A stretch of DNA of 64,000 nt. It comes from Eukaryota sp. TZLM1-RC. Lineage: Eukaryota; Protista; Metamonada: BaSk clade. Below the pieces are notes generated by a model. That model saw only the letters and a list, made by a program, of their open reading frames with translations. It was not told the origin of the DNA and searched no databases. Positions 36,612-49,529 of this stretch are shown here, in pieces. Where the stretch lies: the NCBI GenBank assembly GCA_040285825.1, contig JAUPSS010000004.1, positions 1,716,550 to 1,780,549 on the forward strand, read 5' to 3'. Both the position numbers and the translations under genes were made by a program. Numbering within the stretch: position 1 is the stretch's first letter; every line of letters starts with the position of its first letter.

Positions 36612-38791
36612 ATGAGCAACTCTGTTACAATTGTTCTGTTTGGAGCTAGTATGTTACTCATTGTATTTTGCTTATAATAGGTGGAGATCTTGCCAAAAAG
36701 AAGATTATTCCTGCCATTCACTCACTGTTATGTGAAGGTGTTCTGGATCCTGTAGTGATTGGTACTGCACGAACACCAATGAGTGATGAGGATTTCCAGT
36801 CTCTAGTTTCGGATGCTGTCAACGACTATGCACGATTGAAAGCTGGAGCCACCGATTCTTGCAAGAACTTTAATGACATTGCTTCCAAGTTTCGTTACTT
36901 GAAGGTTGATTCTTATGATGATCTCTCAGGATTCAAGAAGATTGCCGCAGCAGTCAACTCCATTGGTTCTCAAAACGTAATTTCTTATCTTTCCGTTCCT
37001 CCCCAATCTTATCGCTTAATCGCTGAAACTCTTGCCAAAGCTGGACTTAACTCTCCCCATTGTAAACTCTTGCTGGAAAAGCCTTTTGGATTGAATGAAA
37101 ATGATGCCTTTGATCTGAATCAATTTATTCAAGGTTTTTTTGATGAATCTCAAATCTATCGAATTGATCACTATGCCGCTCGGCCCTCAGTAATGAATCT
37201 CCTCGCCTTTAGGTTTTTCAATAGCATATATGAACCTCTCTGGAACAGAAATCACATTAAACATATAGTCATTACTATGGAAGAAAAAGGACTCGTTGGT
37301 AAGCGAACTAAATACTACGAACAATCAGGTGTAATCAGAGATATGGTGCAAAATCATTTACTTCAAGTTTTAGCGTTTGTCACAATGGAGTGCCCAGTAA
37401 GCATGTCTGCTGATGATATTCGGGATGAAAAGCAAAAGGTTTTGAAGTGTGTCCAACATCCCAGTTGCCAGAACGGAGGATGCGTTCTTTTAGGCCAATA
37501 CAAGGGTTATAGACAAGAGCCTGATGTGAAGGAGGACAGTATTACCGCAACTGCTGCTTGTTTAACGGTGTTTATCAATAACTGGCGTTGGAAAGGTGTA
37601 CCCATCACGATTCAAACATGTAAGGGAGGTGATAAGGATTTGAATATTGTTGAGGTGTTTTTTGACAAGAGTCCCTTGTCCTCTAAGAGTTGTTCTTACC
37701 GTGTTCACACTTCGTCATGTCCTTCTAACAAGCTTACTATACATTTGAAGCCCGAAAACAAGATAGAAATGTCAATATTTGCCCTTACTGCATCTCTTTC
37801 AGAGAAGAGTGCTCAAGACGATACAGTTATTGCTGAAAAAACAATGGTAGTTGACGTTTTTGAAGGCAAATCTACACCAGATCCCTATGAAAAACTGATT
37901 ATTGATGCAGCTCGCAGTGACCAGACCCTGTTTGCTCGCTCAGATGAAGTTCAACAAGCCTGGAGGATTGTGGATTCAATCATTACCGCCCATGAGAAGC
38001 AGAAAATTGATCCTATTCCTTATCAAATTGGTCTTGATCTCACACATTCTGTGGCCTCCTCTCATTATGCTCAATCTAGAAGATCTGTCATTAGAAGAGT
38101 TCACAGTTCACAAGCCGAGTTGGCTAATGCCGGAGCTCTTGTGTTTTCTAGAGCCGCTCACTCTGCTTTCCTTCAAGGAAGAGATTTCAATGCTATTCTT
38201 TCTGGTGGTGACACACCCAAATCAACCTATCGCCGAATTGCAGAATCTTGCAAAGATTTGGATTGGAACAAAATTCACATTTGGATGGCAGACGAACGTT
38301 ACGTTGGCTCTGATTCCAATAGCTCTAATTTCAAGATGATCACTGAATCTCTTTTGGACCATGTGAGTATTCCTGAGGCCAATGTTCATCGCATGCGCAC
38401 AGATATTCCCTTAATTAAAGCTATAGAGGAGTATAATGCTCTTGTTGCCCAGGTTGAACAGTTTGATCTTGCGTTCTTGGGACTTGGAACAGACGGTCAT
38501 ACTATGTCCCTGTTTCCCGGAGCACCAACAGTTGTCAATACTGAGCAGTTCTGTGTTGATGGATCTGCAATCAATGTTGATCATCCTAGACTTTCGCTCA
38601 CTTTCAGAGTGTTACTCAAAACTCGTCTTTTAGCCTTTTTGGTGACAGGGGCAAGGAAGAAGCTGCGTGTAAACCAAGTACTAAATGGGCCATTGCAGCC
38701 TAGCCTTTTGCCTGCACAATTGGCCCTTTTAACTGAACGTTCCCAAGACGAAGTAGTATTTCTCATGGATGAAGATGCTGCGGTGCTGTGA
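36612..38791 (+). CDS. G6PD: bifunctional glucose-6-phosphate dehydrogenase::6-phosphogluconolactonase
   Basis: GASGDLAKKK (after intron 36649-36680), EKPFG, RIDHY, RDMVQNHL. C-terminal 6PGL domain with LSGGDTP, DERYV, LGLGTDGHTMSLFP. Confidence 0.93.
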
Positions 38792-40189
38792 AGTGTCTTT
38801 CAATAAATTTTATTATGACTTCTGGACCATAGCTTTTTGTATTGTGTATTTTTAGGGTCACAACCATATCTCAATAGCAAGTACATGGTCGGAATTAAAA
38901 TAAACAATACAAATACAAATAAGAATGCAGCAATTAACATGGTGAATCAATTTGGGTCGGACATATTGCAATACTAAATAATGGAAACCGAAGGTGAAGT
39001 TGTAATTTCGAGGTTCTGGTGTTATGTAGCAGAAAATTGATGACTGGAAAGTTGATCTATGTTGTTGACCAGTCACAACCGGTGGCTTCAAAAAAATTCA
39101 AATTTAAAGTAGACAGAAAATCAAATTTTATTGAACTACAACAGTTAACAAAATAGAATCAGAACTAGGCTGCATTATTCAACTCTGAGTTACTTTGACA
39201 TAATCAATATTCATGTATGTATTGTTACATATTATTTAACAAACTACTCGCGTTAGGCAGGCTCTTGAAAAACTGCCTGGTCTTTCAATTATACAATAGC
39301 TATCATTAGATAAAGATAGTTATGAATGCAAGTTTTCACACAAAATGCAAATGGAGTAAGGTGAACTATGAACTCTGAACTCAGGTAAAAGAGTTCTGGA
39401 GTCGAGAACTAGAGTTTTGGACACCCCTGATGATGACACTATCTCTTTGTAAATCCCATCAGAACGGCTCGTCAAATTTAAGCCTGTATGGACCAATGAA
39501 TTTCTATTGTTATATAGAAATTTGACAGAATGAATTTCAGTACATCATTTTTGATTGTTGGTCCCTCTGAAGCTATTTTGAAGGGAGAAATAGGAATTGT
39601 ACAGGCTTGAGTATTTATTGTTGTTTTATTCTAAACATACCGTCGCATTTAATGGGAGCGAAATTGGAAAGAATAGGCATTTAAAAGAGGTGATAGGAAC
39701 AAAATTTCCTATCACTGGAGACTCAACAACCGACATCTGCGACACATTATACTATTTTCAAGAGAGAAAATCAGTTGGAGTCTACTATTTCGATAGATGT
39801 ACATTCAGTAAACAGTTTTGACAAGCACAAGTCGAAAAAGACACTGACAAGACAACTAGATTTCAAAGGTAACTGGCAGTAAACAATCCATTATTTTTGA
39901 TTATTTTTTGTTATGCGCTGTTCCTTCTGCCGAGTTGAATAACATACCATACGTACCTTTCCTTTGAGGGCACAACAAGTAGCCGCCGACCATGTTCGAT
40001 GTATTGGTCATGGTGGTCCGCTTGATCCACCACCCGCAAACCTCTATATAAACTATAACTGGGGGCGATTTGATGGAAGAAGCTGAAGTGCATGTAGCTA
40101 TTTGTTCTAACCCATTTGGTTCAGTGAGTCCGCTACGTACAATGGAACGTATTGTTGTACCAGAGAGAAAACAGCATAGAACACATTTC

Positions 40190-41616
40190 CCCGGTTTTGT
40201 GGTCTCAACTCTCTGCTCACACCTGATGCAGTTAACGCCATCTCAATTGACATTCCAAAAGTCACTGAAATGTGCCACGAGGTCTCTTTGCTGTTGCAAC
40301 TGTTTATTCTGAATTTTCTTCTATGTAGACGACCAACACTGAAATTTGATGTTTGGTATCTATTTATGACTATAACAACCAAGCAATATGTTTTAAACAT
40401 GGGCAAATCAAAACGCCGAAGACAGCTGCTTCAAATTTGGTACAATGGTTTCCTTTCAATTATGCCAGAAAAGGCCAGTTTTGGCTCCCAAAAAGCCCGC
40501 AATATTGCCACGTCCATTATGATAAAGAAATCAACATCATCCATCAGCAATTTTATCTATTTTTCCATAACTGTGTGACATTAAACAACAGCTCCTTGGT
40601 AAATGTCAAGGCCATCACAAGTTATTTATCTATACACTCAAAAGTCCTTGTTCCACATTTCAAATCATTTCTGCCAAGAATGTGTTCATTTTAGTTGAAA
40701 AATTGTATAAGGGCTTTTTGTAGGGCACTGGATTCAAAAACTGACTTCCAAAATGAACTGATTTATTTCTTTTTCAATCAACGTACAAATTTTAAATTCA
40801 TTACAGAGGTTTATCTGAACCTCTTATTCGATTTCTATCCTACAGAAAAAGTGATGTTTCAGGTATTGTGCTACTTGAACAACTGCTTAACGAATTTCCC
40901 ATTGTGCAAAAAGTATTGACGGGATCAAATCATGGGGATCTCTCCAGTCAGCAAATTGATGACCTAATGGGATTCAACATGCGACTAGCCGAGCATCTTA
41001 GTACAGAAATTAGATATTTCTGCTTCTGTTGGCGGAGGTGTAGAATCATGTCATTAACATCCCACAAGGCTAGATTTTTACAAGTTAGTGACATCAGATT
41101 CCGGAATGAGGGCGAATTTTCTATTGTAGAAGATCAGATCTACAATTCAATTCATTGTACTGATGTGAATCTGAAAATGGTATATAAAATTGTCCTCATT
41201 CATTCTTTGGTATCAATAATGTTGATGAGAAAAGGAAGTACAGTAAGATAACAATTAGAACTAATGCTACGGGATTACCTTGTCTTTTTTTAGTTACCTT
41301 GTCTGAATTTAAAGAAAGGGCACCAAGGATTAGAAGAACCAAAGCAGAGATGAGCAATGATTCGTCTGCTAATAAGATCACTGAAAGTGTAGACCCGAAG
41401 GCTGATGCAAAGAAGAGGAGACCTTTGAGGTCTGCAAAACCAACCCCATGTGAGCACAATCCAATTTATCCTGTTGTTGGAGTTGATCTGGGACAATTTC
41501 GTTTATGTGGTTATTGGGGTGAATTGGAGAAGGCTTTGTTCCTTCTATCAGAAGGAACATTGAACAATGATGATTATTTAACCATGATGATGAATATTTT
41601 TAAAAGACAACCTTAG
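40190..41616 (+). pseudogene. Fanzor1 pseudogene, 3'-truncated, family Fz-2
   Basis: CGLNSLL...MCHEVSLLLQLFILNF...DVWYLFMT is homologous to the 22431 ORF. RuvC-I VVGVDLGQFRLCGY is present; no RuvC-II/III. Confidence 0.72.
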
Positions 41617-41941
41617 AATATGCATAGCCCTGATCTATCCTGATCGGAATGAGGCATCGGAAGATCACGGTGTATCCACAAGGGTAGGACCTTCGATGTT
41701 GACTTTTTAGTCCTCGTCAAAGAACATACATCTTACTGTCTTACTACAACTCTCTTACTGTTGATTTGCAACTTGAGATACTGGAGAGGAGGTTGGTTGT
41801 TAATTTGGTAGTTGGATGTTGCCAAATTGAAAGTAAGCACCCGAGTTGTAATCCACTGTAGGAACAAGATTTAATTCAGTGACCACCGATCAATTTTCCC
41901 ACTATGTGGTAAAATTCCGAACCTTGATTTAATTTCCTGCA

Positions 41942-43195
41942 ATGTTAGCCTTTTTATTACTTCTACTTACTGTTTCTGTTTCTACAAGCTCTGTTGGTAC
42001 TTTTTGGGCCATTAATGATATTCATTATGATCCTTTTTACAACACAGGATCAGATGAGTCAAAAAGCTGCCATACTGGAATAGGTAATGCTGGCCCATAT
42101 GGTTCTATTTCATGTTCTGCACCAAAGCTTCTTGTTGATTCTGCTCTGGATTTCATGGCAAAAAAACACCCTAATCCTGACTTTGTTGCTTTCTTAGGCG
42201 ATGTCATTGCACATGAGATTGGGGGGTATGATCGACACGAAATTAGCAAGCTTTTAAAAGGCATTACCTCTGACATAAAAAGTAGGTTCAATGCACCGCT
42301 TCTTCCAATGATTGGCAATCACGACTTTCTTCCCCTGTTTCAGCTAGGTCCACTTAATCGTTGGATCTATTCCGATAGCTATGACATTTGGTCAGATATC
42401 ATTCCACAAAAGCAAATTTACTTGAAAGGGGGGTATTATTCTATTGATTTTAACAGCAAATTGACCTTTATAGTTTTAAACACTAATCTTTATTATAAGC
42501 TAAACTTGGAGTCTCTACCTTTCAAAGATCCTGAAGGTCAGTTCAAATGGCTAGGTCAGCAGCTGAAACGGTTGGAAACTGAAGATCGTTATGCCATGGT
42601 GTTTATGCACGTTCCTATTGGAGTCATTGAATGTTGGCCGACTCCCCTCGGCAACATGCACAAAGGCTTTAATACTCGCTTAATTGAACTGATACGCACT
42701 GCCACTAGCCATGGTAGAGTTGGCTCAATGTTTGCAGGGCATGAACATTCGAGCACTCTTAGGTTGGTAATGAAGGATGAAAAGCCAGGAACAGTTCAAT
42801 TCATTAGCCCTAGTTTGGTTTATTCCAAGAGTTTTCCTTATGGAGGTAATCATGCAGCTGTCCGTCTTTATCGATATAATAAAACTACTGGAATAGTTCT
42901 GGATTACGATCAGTACTATCTCAATGTCACTGAGGCCAACTCTAATGGAAAAGCTGATTGGAAGCTTGAACACAGTGGTAAGAAGTTTTTTGGTGTGTCT
43001 GATTTTTCTGCAAAGAGTGTTTTTTCCATATACAATTCTCTTTCCCGTGATACAAAGTTGCTAAATTCCTTTATAAGGATGAATTCAGTGGGTCTTGATG
43101 AGAGTCCAATTAAACCCATCACCAAGAAACGTCACCTTTGTGCATTGAGGTGGGCATTGTTGGATGATTACAATAGATGTATTATTGAGTCTTGA
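41942..43195 (+). CDS. acid sphingomyelinase-like / Ppn1-like metallophosphoesterase (secreted or lysosomal)
   Basis: Signal peptide, DIHYD, LGDVIAH, GNHD, HVP, FAGHEH. Confidence 0.88.
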   Translation: MLAFLLLLLTVSVSTSSVGTFWAINDIHYDPFYNTGSDESKSCHTGIGNAGPYGSISCSAPKLLVDSALDFMAKKHPNPDFVAFLGDVIAHEIGGYDRHEISKLLKGITSDIKSRFNAPLLPMIGNHDFLPLFQLGPLNRWIYSDSYDIWSDIIPQKQIYLKGGYYSIDFNSKLTFIVLNTNLYYKLNLESLPFKDPEGQFKWLGQQLKRLETEDRYAMVFMHVPIGVIECWPTPLGNMHKGFNTRLIELIRTATSHGRVGSMFAGHEHSSTLRLVMKDEKPGTVQFISPSLVYSKSFPYGGNHAAVRLYRYNKTTGIVLDYDQYYLNVTEANSNGKADWKLEHSGKKFFGVSDFSAKSVFSIYNSLSRDTKLLNSFIRMNSVGLDESPIKPITKKRHLCALRWALLDDYNRCIIES

Positions 43196-43600
43196 CATTT
43201 ACGTTACAGTTTATTTTCATTTTCACAATTTGTTTATTGTTTTAGCGATTTTAGAGATCAAATAAAGCTTATATTTGGAGTCTGTGGCTGACCTTTTCTT
43301 TTTATGCTCAATCATTGTCAACAAAAAAACAACAATTAGGTTTTGTGTAGGTAACACAGGTCAAACCAATTTTCAAAACCACATCAGTACAGCCATGACT
43401 ATGAATGATCAACTCCAAAGAGAGATGTTCTGTCTCAGAGATATTGGTAGCAATTTGTAGGTGTGTGTCACTATCTCATAAAAGATCTTAAAATCGCCAC
43501 GTAGTATTTGACACGTCACTACTACTTCATCATGACTCACCCTCCTCTCTTCCTCGCAGAAACCCTATAGATCCTGTTTATTTTCACTGTTTGATCAATA

Positions 43601-45577
43601 ATGCCTTACGCTGTTGGTATTGATTTAGGTACTACTTTCTCATGTGTTGGTGTTTTCCTCAACAACAATGTTGAAATCATCGCCAATGATCAAGGTAATC
43701 GCACCACCCCATCTGTTGTAGCATTCACTGATTCTGAACGTCTTGTTGGTGATGCTGCCAAGAATCAATCTGCTCGCAACCCCGCTAACACTGTCTTCGA
43801 TGCTAAGCGTCTTATCGGCCGTAAGTTTTCTGAACCTGTGGTCCAAGCTGACGCCAAGCATTACAGTTTCAAGGTTGTCTCTGGAGCCGGTGATAAGCCT
43901 AACATTGAAGTTACCTGGAAGGGGGAGACAAAGACTTTCCAAGCTGAAGAAATCTCTGCCATGGTCTTGACCAAGATGAAGACTATTGCTGAAGACTATC
44001 TTTCTGAACCAGTCACCAAGGCTGTCATTACTGTTCCCGCTTATTTCAACGACTCCCAACGTCAAGCTACCAAGGATGCTGGTCAAATTGCCGGACTCGA
44101 AGTTCTCAGAATCATCAACGAACCCACCGCTGCTGCTATTGCCTATGGTCTGAACAACAAGTCTGATGAGGAACAAAACATTCTTGTTTTTGATCTTGGT
44201 GGTGGTACATTTGATGTTTCACTCTTGACCATTGAAGATGGTGTATTTGAAGTCAAGGCCACTGCAGGTGACACTCATCTTGGCGGTGAGGATTTTGATG
44301 ATCGTCTTGTCCGATGGTGCTGTGATGAATTTAAGAAGAAGCACCGTGAAGACTTGACTCAATCTGCTCGTTCCATGAGACGTCTCCGTACCGCCTGTGA
44401 ACGTGCCAAGAGAACTTTGTCTTCTTCTGCTCAAACCACCATCGAAATTGACTCTCTCTATGAAGGTATTGACTTCTTTACTACCATCACCCGTGCTCGC
44501 TTTGAGGAACTTTGTATGGATCTCTTCCGTGGCTGTCTTGATCCCGTTGAACGTGTTCTCCGTGACTCCAAGATTGACAAGCATCAAGTCCATGAAGTTG
44601 TTCTTGTTGGTGGATCAACCCGTATTCCCAAGATTCAAGAATTAATCAAGAATTTCTTTAACGGAAAAGAACCCTGTAAAACTATAAATCCTGATGAAGC
44701 TGTTGCTTATGGTGCCACTGTTCAGGCTAGTATTCTCACTGGTAACACTTCAGAAAAGACTAAGGATCTCCTCTTGATTGATGTTACCCCTCTTTCTATG
44801 GGTGTTGAAACTGCTGGTGGTCAAATGACTGTCCTTATCCCCAGAAACACCACCATTCCTTGCAAGAAGTCTGAAATGTTTTCTACTTATTCAGACAACC
44901 AAGAATCTGTCCTCATTCAGGTATTTGAAGGAGAACGTGCTCGTACTCGTGACAACAATCAACTTGGTACCTTTGATCTCAAGGGTATTCCTCCAGCTCC
45001 TCGTGGTGTTCCCAAAATTGAAGTCACTTTTGAACTCAACGCCAATGGTATTCTTGAAGTTACTGCTGAAGAAAAGGGAACCGGAAAGAAGAACCAAATC
45101 ACCATTACCAATGACAAGGGTCGTCTATCCAAGGAAGATATTGAAAGAATGGTTCGTGAAGCCGAACAATTCAAGGAAGAAGACGACAAGGTCAGAGCTA
45201 CCATTGGTGCCAAGAATGAATTGGAAAATCTTGCATTCTCAATGCGTTCCAGTCTCAATGATGACCAAATGAAGGACAAGTTTTCAGAGGAAGACAAAAA
45301 AACTGTCGAAGGTAAGGTTGAAGAAGCTCTCAAATGGCTTGAATCTAATGCTGAAGCTACTAAGGAAGAATTTGAAGCCAAGAAGAAGGAACTTGAAGAA
45401 TCTTGCCAACCAATCATGATGAAGGCATATGCTCAAGCCCAAGGTCAAGGCGGTGTCCCAGGAGGTGTTCCTGGCCAAGGTGGAATGCCAGATTTTGGTG
45501 GAATGGGTGTTCCTCCCCAAGCTCAAGGTCAAGGGGCTCAACCAACTCCCAATGTCACTGTTGAAGATATTGATTAG
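43601..45577 (+). CDS. HSP70: cytosolic Hsp70
   Basis: [27 protein letters not shown]-type repeats, C-terminal VEDID. Confidence 0.98.
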   Translation: MPYAVGIDLGTTFSCVGVFLNNNVEIIANDQGNRTTPSVVAFTDSERLVGDAAKNQSARNPANTVFDAKRLIGRKFSEPVVQADAKHYSFKVVSGAGDKPNIEVTWKGETKTFQAEEISAMVLTKMKTIAEDYLSEPVTKAVITVPAYFNDSQRQATKDAGQIAGLEVLRIINEPTAAAIAYGLNNKSDEEQNILVFDLGGGTFDVSLLTIEDGVFEVKATAGDTHLGGEDFDDRLVRWCCDEFKKKHREDLTQSARSMRRLRTACERAKRTLSSSAQTTIEIDSLYEGIDFFTTITRARFEELCMDLFRGCLDPVERVLRDSKIDKHQVHEVVLVGGSTRIPKIQELIKNFFNGKEPCKTINPDEAVAYGATVQASILTGNTSEKTKDLLLIDVTPLSMGVETAGGQMTVLIPRNTTIPCKKSEMFSTYSDNQESVLIQVFEGERARTRDNNQLGTFDLKGIPPAPRGVPKIEVTFELNANGILEVTAEEKGTGKKNQITITNDKGRLSKEDIERMVREAEQFKEEDDKVRATIGAKNELENLAFSMRSSLNDDQMKDKFSEEDKKTVEGKVEEALKWLESNAEATKEEFEAKKKELEESCQPIMMKAYAQAQGQGGVPGGVPGQGGMPDFGGMGVPPQAQGQGAQPTPNVTVEDID

Positions 45578-45679
45578 ATTTTCAGGGAAAATTTTTTGTA
45601 TAGTTTTGTATTTTTGTCTCATAAATTCACTTTTTGAAATTTATTTATATATTAAATTTTTCAGAATGACAATTATATC

Positions 45680-46300
45680 GGTTGCATTTAACATTTTATT
45701 ACTTTTAGAACCACGGCTCACGATGCTGTAAGAGACAAATTATATTGTTTGTGTAAGTCTCATAGAATTGAATCCTTTTTGGAACCTCTGTTGCCAAATC
45801 TGTTTGATGCAGAAGATGATTTTCATAAGAATAATAGAGGTGATGTCTCATTACCTGCATTAGATGGAACCTTCTTTTTATTGGATGTAATGTCTGTTGA
45901 TTTGTGTAATGCCTCAAATAAAAGGCTTGCTAATTCTGAAATTCATAATCCTCTTTCAAATGCTGAAAATTTCAAAATCAAAAAATACAATGAACCTTTG
46001 TCCAAATTGTCCAGCCAACAGCATGCAAAATACAATTTGTATTCATTTGTATTTTCTCTTTTTGGTTCACTTGCTCCAACGGCTATACGTTTTTTGGCAG
46101 ATTGTGAAATGATTGTAAAGAGAAGAACTAACGGAAATTTCAACAGATTGTTTTGGCAAAATAGAATTGTGTTTTCTATTTTTAAGGGGATGTTGAAGAT
46201 GGTTTCTGATGCTTTGCTTTCTCTTGGATTTCACTATGAGAGAGTTGCATCTAGTGTTTTTGTTTTGGGAGAGATGGATGATTTAGATGTTGATTTATGG
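45680..46300 (+). mobile_element. non-LTR 3' fragment (family A)
   Basis: Near-identical to 18980-19600. Confidence 0.9.
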
Positions 46301-46492
46301 GTTTTTGATAAAAAAATATTAAAAAAAATATCGGTTGCAGTTGTTAAAACTTTTCTTTTATTTTGCAACGCAAACGAAACAACTAAACAAAAAACCTAAT
46401 GTTATTTATTAAACATACACACTTAATCTAAGGTATATAAATATTGAACATGCACACTTAATTGAATTAATTCATAACTAATGGGACGACTA

Positions 46493-46930
46493 TCATTGAA
46501 CCAAGATTTCCTCTACAAAATTTTGATCTGCTTGCTGTCTAGCTAAAGCTTCTCTTATTCGATTGAAAAACCGATGTAATCTATTAATAATGGTAAATGG
46601 AATCCGAGAGCGCCATAAATAAATATCAAATCTGTTCATTGTTTTTTCTTGGCCCATTTTTTGGAAGTCATTCAAAAAAATTTCTGCTTCTACTGATAGT
46701 CTTCCGTTTATCGAAAATGGGAAAGCAATAAAAACTGGTTGTGTATTTCTACCAGCATTAGCTTCTTCGATATCTTTGTCATATTTTTTATGTTTTTCTT
46801 TTGCTTTAAATTCAAGAGCACTTACAGGATTAAGTTTTCTTCTTTGAACCAAAATGTCATTTGCAACATTACATCAGACAAAGTCAACAACAGCTTCAGA
46901 GTTCTCAATCCAATCACAGTATATATCTCC
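46493..46930 (-). mobile_element. non-LTR 3' fragment (family B)
   Basis: Near-identical to 28429-28870. Confidence 0.88.
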
Positions 46931-47019
46931 TCTATCAACAAAAACCTAGAACTCAATATCCTCAATTCATCTGATCCATGGTGAATCAAATTTTTAGTTA
47001 AATCATCTTCGATTTGATT

Positions 47020-48043
47020 TACATCATTTGCCTAGTAATTTCTGGATTCAGTGTTTTCCTCAAAATATTCAAGAAATTCCCACCCGGTCACTTCCAAATT
47101 TACGTTTTTGCTTGAAAAAGCTTCAGCACCATCTGGTTAAATTATATGAAGGCTTGGATTATGAAGTAAGACTTGGCTTGGCCAAAACTAAAAATCCCGC
47201 TTTCGGTAATTTTTTAAAGGATATTCGTGATAGTTCAGCTGCTGCTTTAGTAACTCAAGTTCCCTCTGTTTATGGACTTTTGTTAAAAAACAATGAATGG
47301 CTTCTAAACATGCGTTTTCGTTGTTTTCTGTGGCCAAACAATTTGCCCAATCATTTAACTTGTAAATGTGGTAAACCTCTTTTGTTTACTTATCTTGTGA
47401 ACTGTAAACAATTCATTACATTTAGAAGCAAAGTGCATAATAATGTCAGGGACCAAATTTATGTAATGTGCAAATCATATCGAGTAGATTCCTTTTTAGA
47501 GCCGTTGTTATCAAAATTAATTCTTGATGACCCCAATTTTGATAGTACGCGTTACAACAGAGTTTCTATGGGTGTGACAAGAAGTGATCTGGTTGTTCCC
47601 GGTTTAAATGGTAGTTTTACTATTTTAGACGCCATTTCTGTTGACCCTTGTAATTCCTCTAACGAACATCTCATTAACTCGGATGTAAATAATCCTCTTT
47701 TTGCAGGCAAAAATATAAAATTGCTAAATATGCGAAACCCATTTCCTCAGTTAATGAAAATTCTCATGCCCAATATAATCTATGTGCCTTTGTTTTTTCT
47801 TTGTTTGGATCGCTAGGTAAGGCTGCTATGGCTTTTCTTGATGATTTTGTTGTAGTTGTATAGGAAAGAACTGGAAGAATTTTCAATCGCGTTTACTGGC
47901 AAAACAGGATTGTATTTTCTATTTTTAAAGGAATGGTAAAACTAATTTCTGAGTCACTTTCTTCTTTTGGGAAATTTTCTGAATCTTTAGCAATTAATTG
48001 TTTTGATGTAGGGGATGCAGGTTTTGAGGATGTGGAGTTTTAA
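47020..48043 (+). mobile_element. non-LTR 3' fragment (family C)
   Basis: CKC...LVNC, RSDLVVPG, YWQNRIVFSIF. Confidence 0.88.
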
Positions 48044-48089
48044 TTGTGTATTTGATGTTTTCATATTCGTTGTTGAATAAAATAAAGAT

Positions 48090-48755
48090 TCAATATCCTC
48101 AATACATGCATCAACGCTTTTCATGCTCTATTCCTAATTGTAACAGTGTTTTGGTTATCACTAGCGGAATTGCTTTAAGTAAACTAAAAACAATTCTATT
48201 GTGCCAGAAATTAAAGTTCAACTCTTGTCCTGCTCGTTCTTGTATTAAACATCTGAAACCTTCGAGAAATTTAATACCAGATATTCCAATGTTACCAAAA
48301 AGAGAGACATCAAATGGTACCAGCTGCTACTTTACATGCTCAACACGCCTAAGCTAAGATAAAGACTCTTTATACTTTTTGATTTTGCTCATTTCAACAA
48401 AGCAAAGTGTAGTTTCATCTTTTTTAGCAAAATCAATTGCTGATTCTTTACAAACATCAACAGTGACAACATCAACAACTTTGATTACACCATCAGACCC
48501 AGGGGTAATTAAATCAGCACGGCGCCTCCCAAAAGTATTATCATCTTCATTTTCAGGTGATAAATTAGGCACCAGTGGTTCAACAAAAGCTTCAATATGG
48601 TGGCTTTTCCACATGGCATACAGTTGGTCCTGAACAGCATCATGAACAACTGAGTGATATGTAATATTAAAATTGCAATTAAATAAATGATTCATATCAA
48701 TAAGCTGGCCCAAACGAAAAATCAAATCATTTGGCACACTGCATGGCGACCTCAT
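48090..48755 (-). mobile_element. non-LTR 3' fragment (family D)
   Basis: HLFNC...HDAV, RRADL...VDV. Similar to 58870-59280. Confidence 0.82.
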
Positions 48756-49144
48756 TATTATTGCAGTTATTGAAGAGATTTGACGTTTTTCAGAAATGTT
48801 CAGGAATTCAATGAATTAGCACTGTTTTTCAATAAAATCAGAAAAGTTATAGCAATGCAACAAATATATGAAGATGTGACGGCATGAAAGCATTAGTAGG
48901 TAAAGATAGTACAACGAAAATCACATCGTTCATTGTTTCCTAACATCTTCAGCATGCATATTTTATGTCATCAACGTTAGTTGTGGTCATTTCATCAAAG
49001 AAGTCTGACAAAAGACAACTAAACTACGGTCACATATTCACAACAATCAATGAGCATTCAAGAATACTCTACAATGGCAAATGACAGATTATGACAAAGC
49101 AGCGAATGACATCATGTATTATAGTGCTCACATGAAAAAGCAGT

Positions 49145-49226
49145 GCGGTCGTCGTCTAGTGGTTATGACGTTGCTTTGCTAAGGCAATGGGCTTTGCCCG
49201 CGTGAGTTCGAATCTCACCGATCGCG
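49145..49226 (+). tRNA. tRNA-Ser(GCT)
   Basis: Acceptor GCGGTCG/CGATCGC, anticodon loop TT-GCT-AA, long variable arm GGGC-TTT-GCCC, T-loop GTTCGAATC. Confidence 0.95.
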
Positions 49227-49447
49227 TATTTTCGTCGTTTCGTTATATTCCATTTAGGTAGAAAAGTCTACGTAAGAGTATCAAAGCTTCGGTTATATCC
49301 TTTGAACATTGTTTAATTCCATTAACAAAATTATTTGAGTTTTATTGGGCCAGATTAATTACCCTGAAGAATTGAGATGTTCGGGATCAATCAAAGACAT
49401 ACAATCTTTCTACGTGGTCTTTTACAATTGACAAAATGTTGGAAAAA

Positions 49448-49529
49448 CGCGATCGGTGAGATTCGAACTCACGCGGGCAAAGCCCATTGCCTTAGCAAAG
49501 CAACGTCATAACCACTAGACGACGACCGC
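49448..49529 (-). tRNA. tRNA-Ser(GCT), identical second copy
   Basis: Exact reverse complement of 49145-49226, followed by a T-run terminator. Confidence 0.95.

Noticed and set aside
41620-41720. GC-richer stretch faintly like 5S rRNA or an snRNA
   Set aside because: No convincing box A/C, terminal helix or Sm site.
41914-41930. Partial match to the putative guide flanking the 33.4-kb scaffold
   Set aside because: Short, gapped, and not matching the scaffold-proximal seed; plausible by chance.
43640-45622. Long antisense ORFs over Hsp70
   Set aside because: A well-known by-product of Hsp70 codon bias; no independent motifs.
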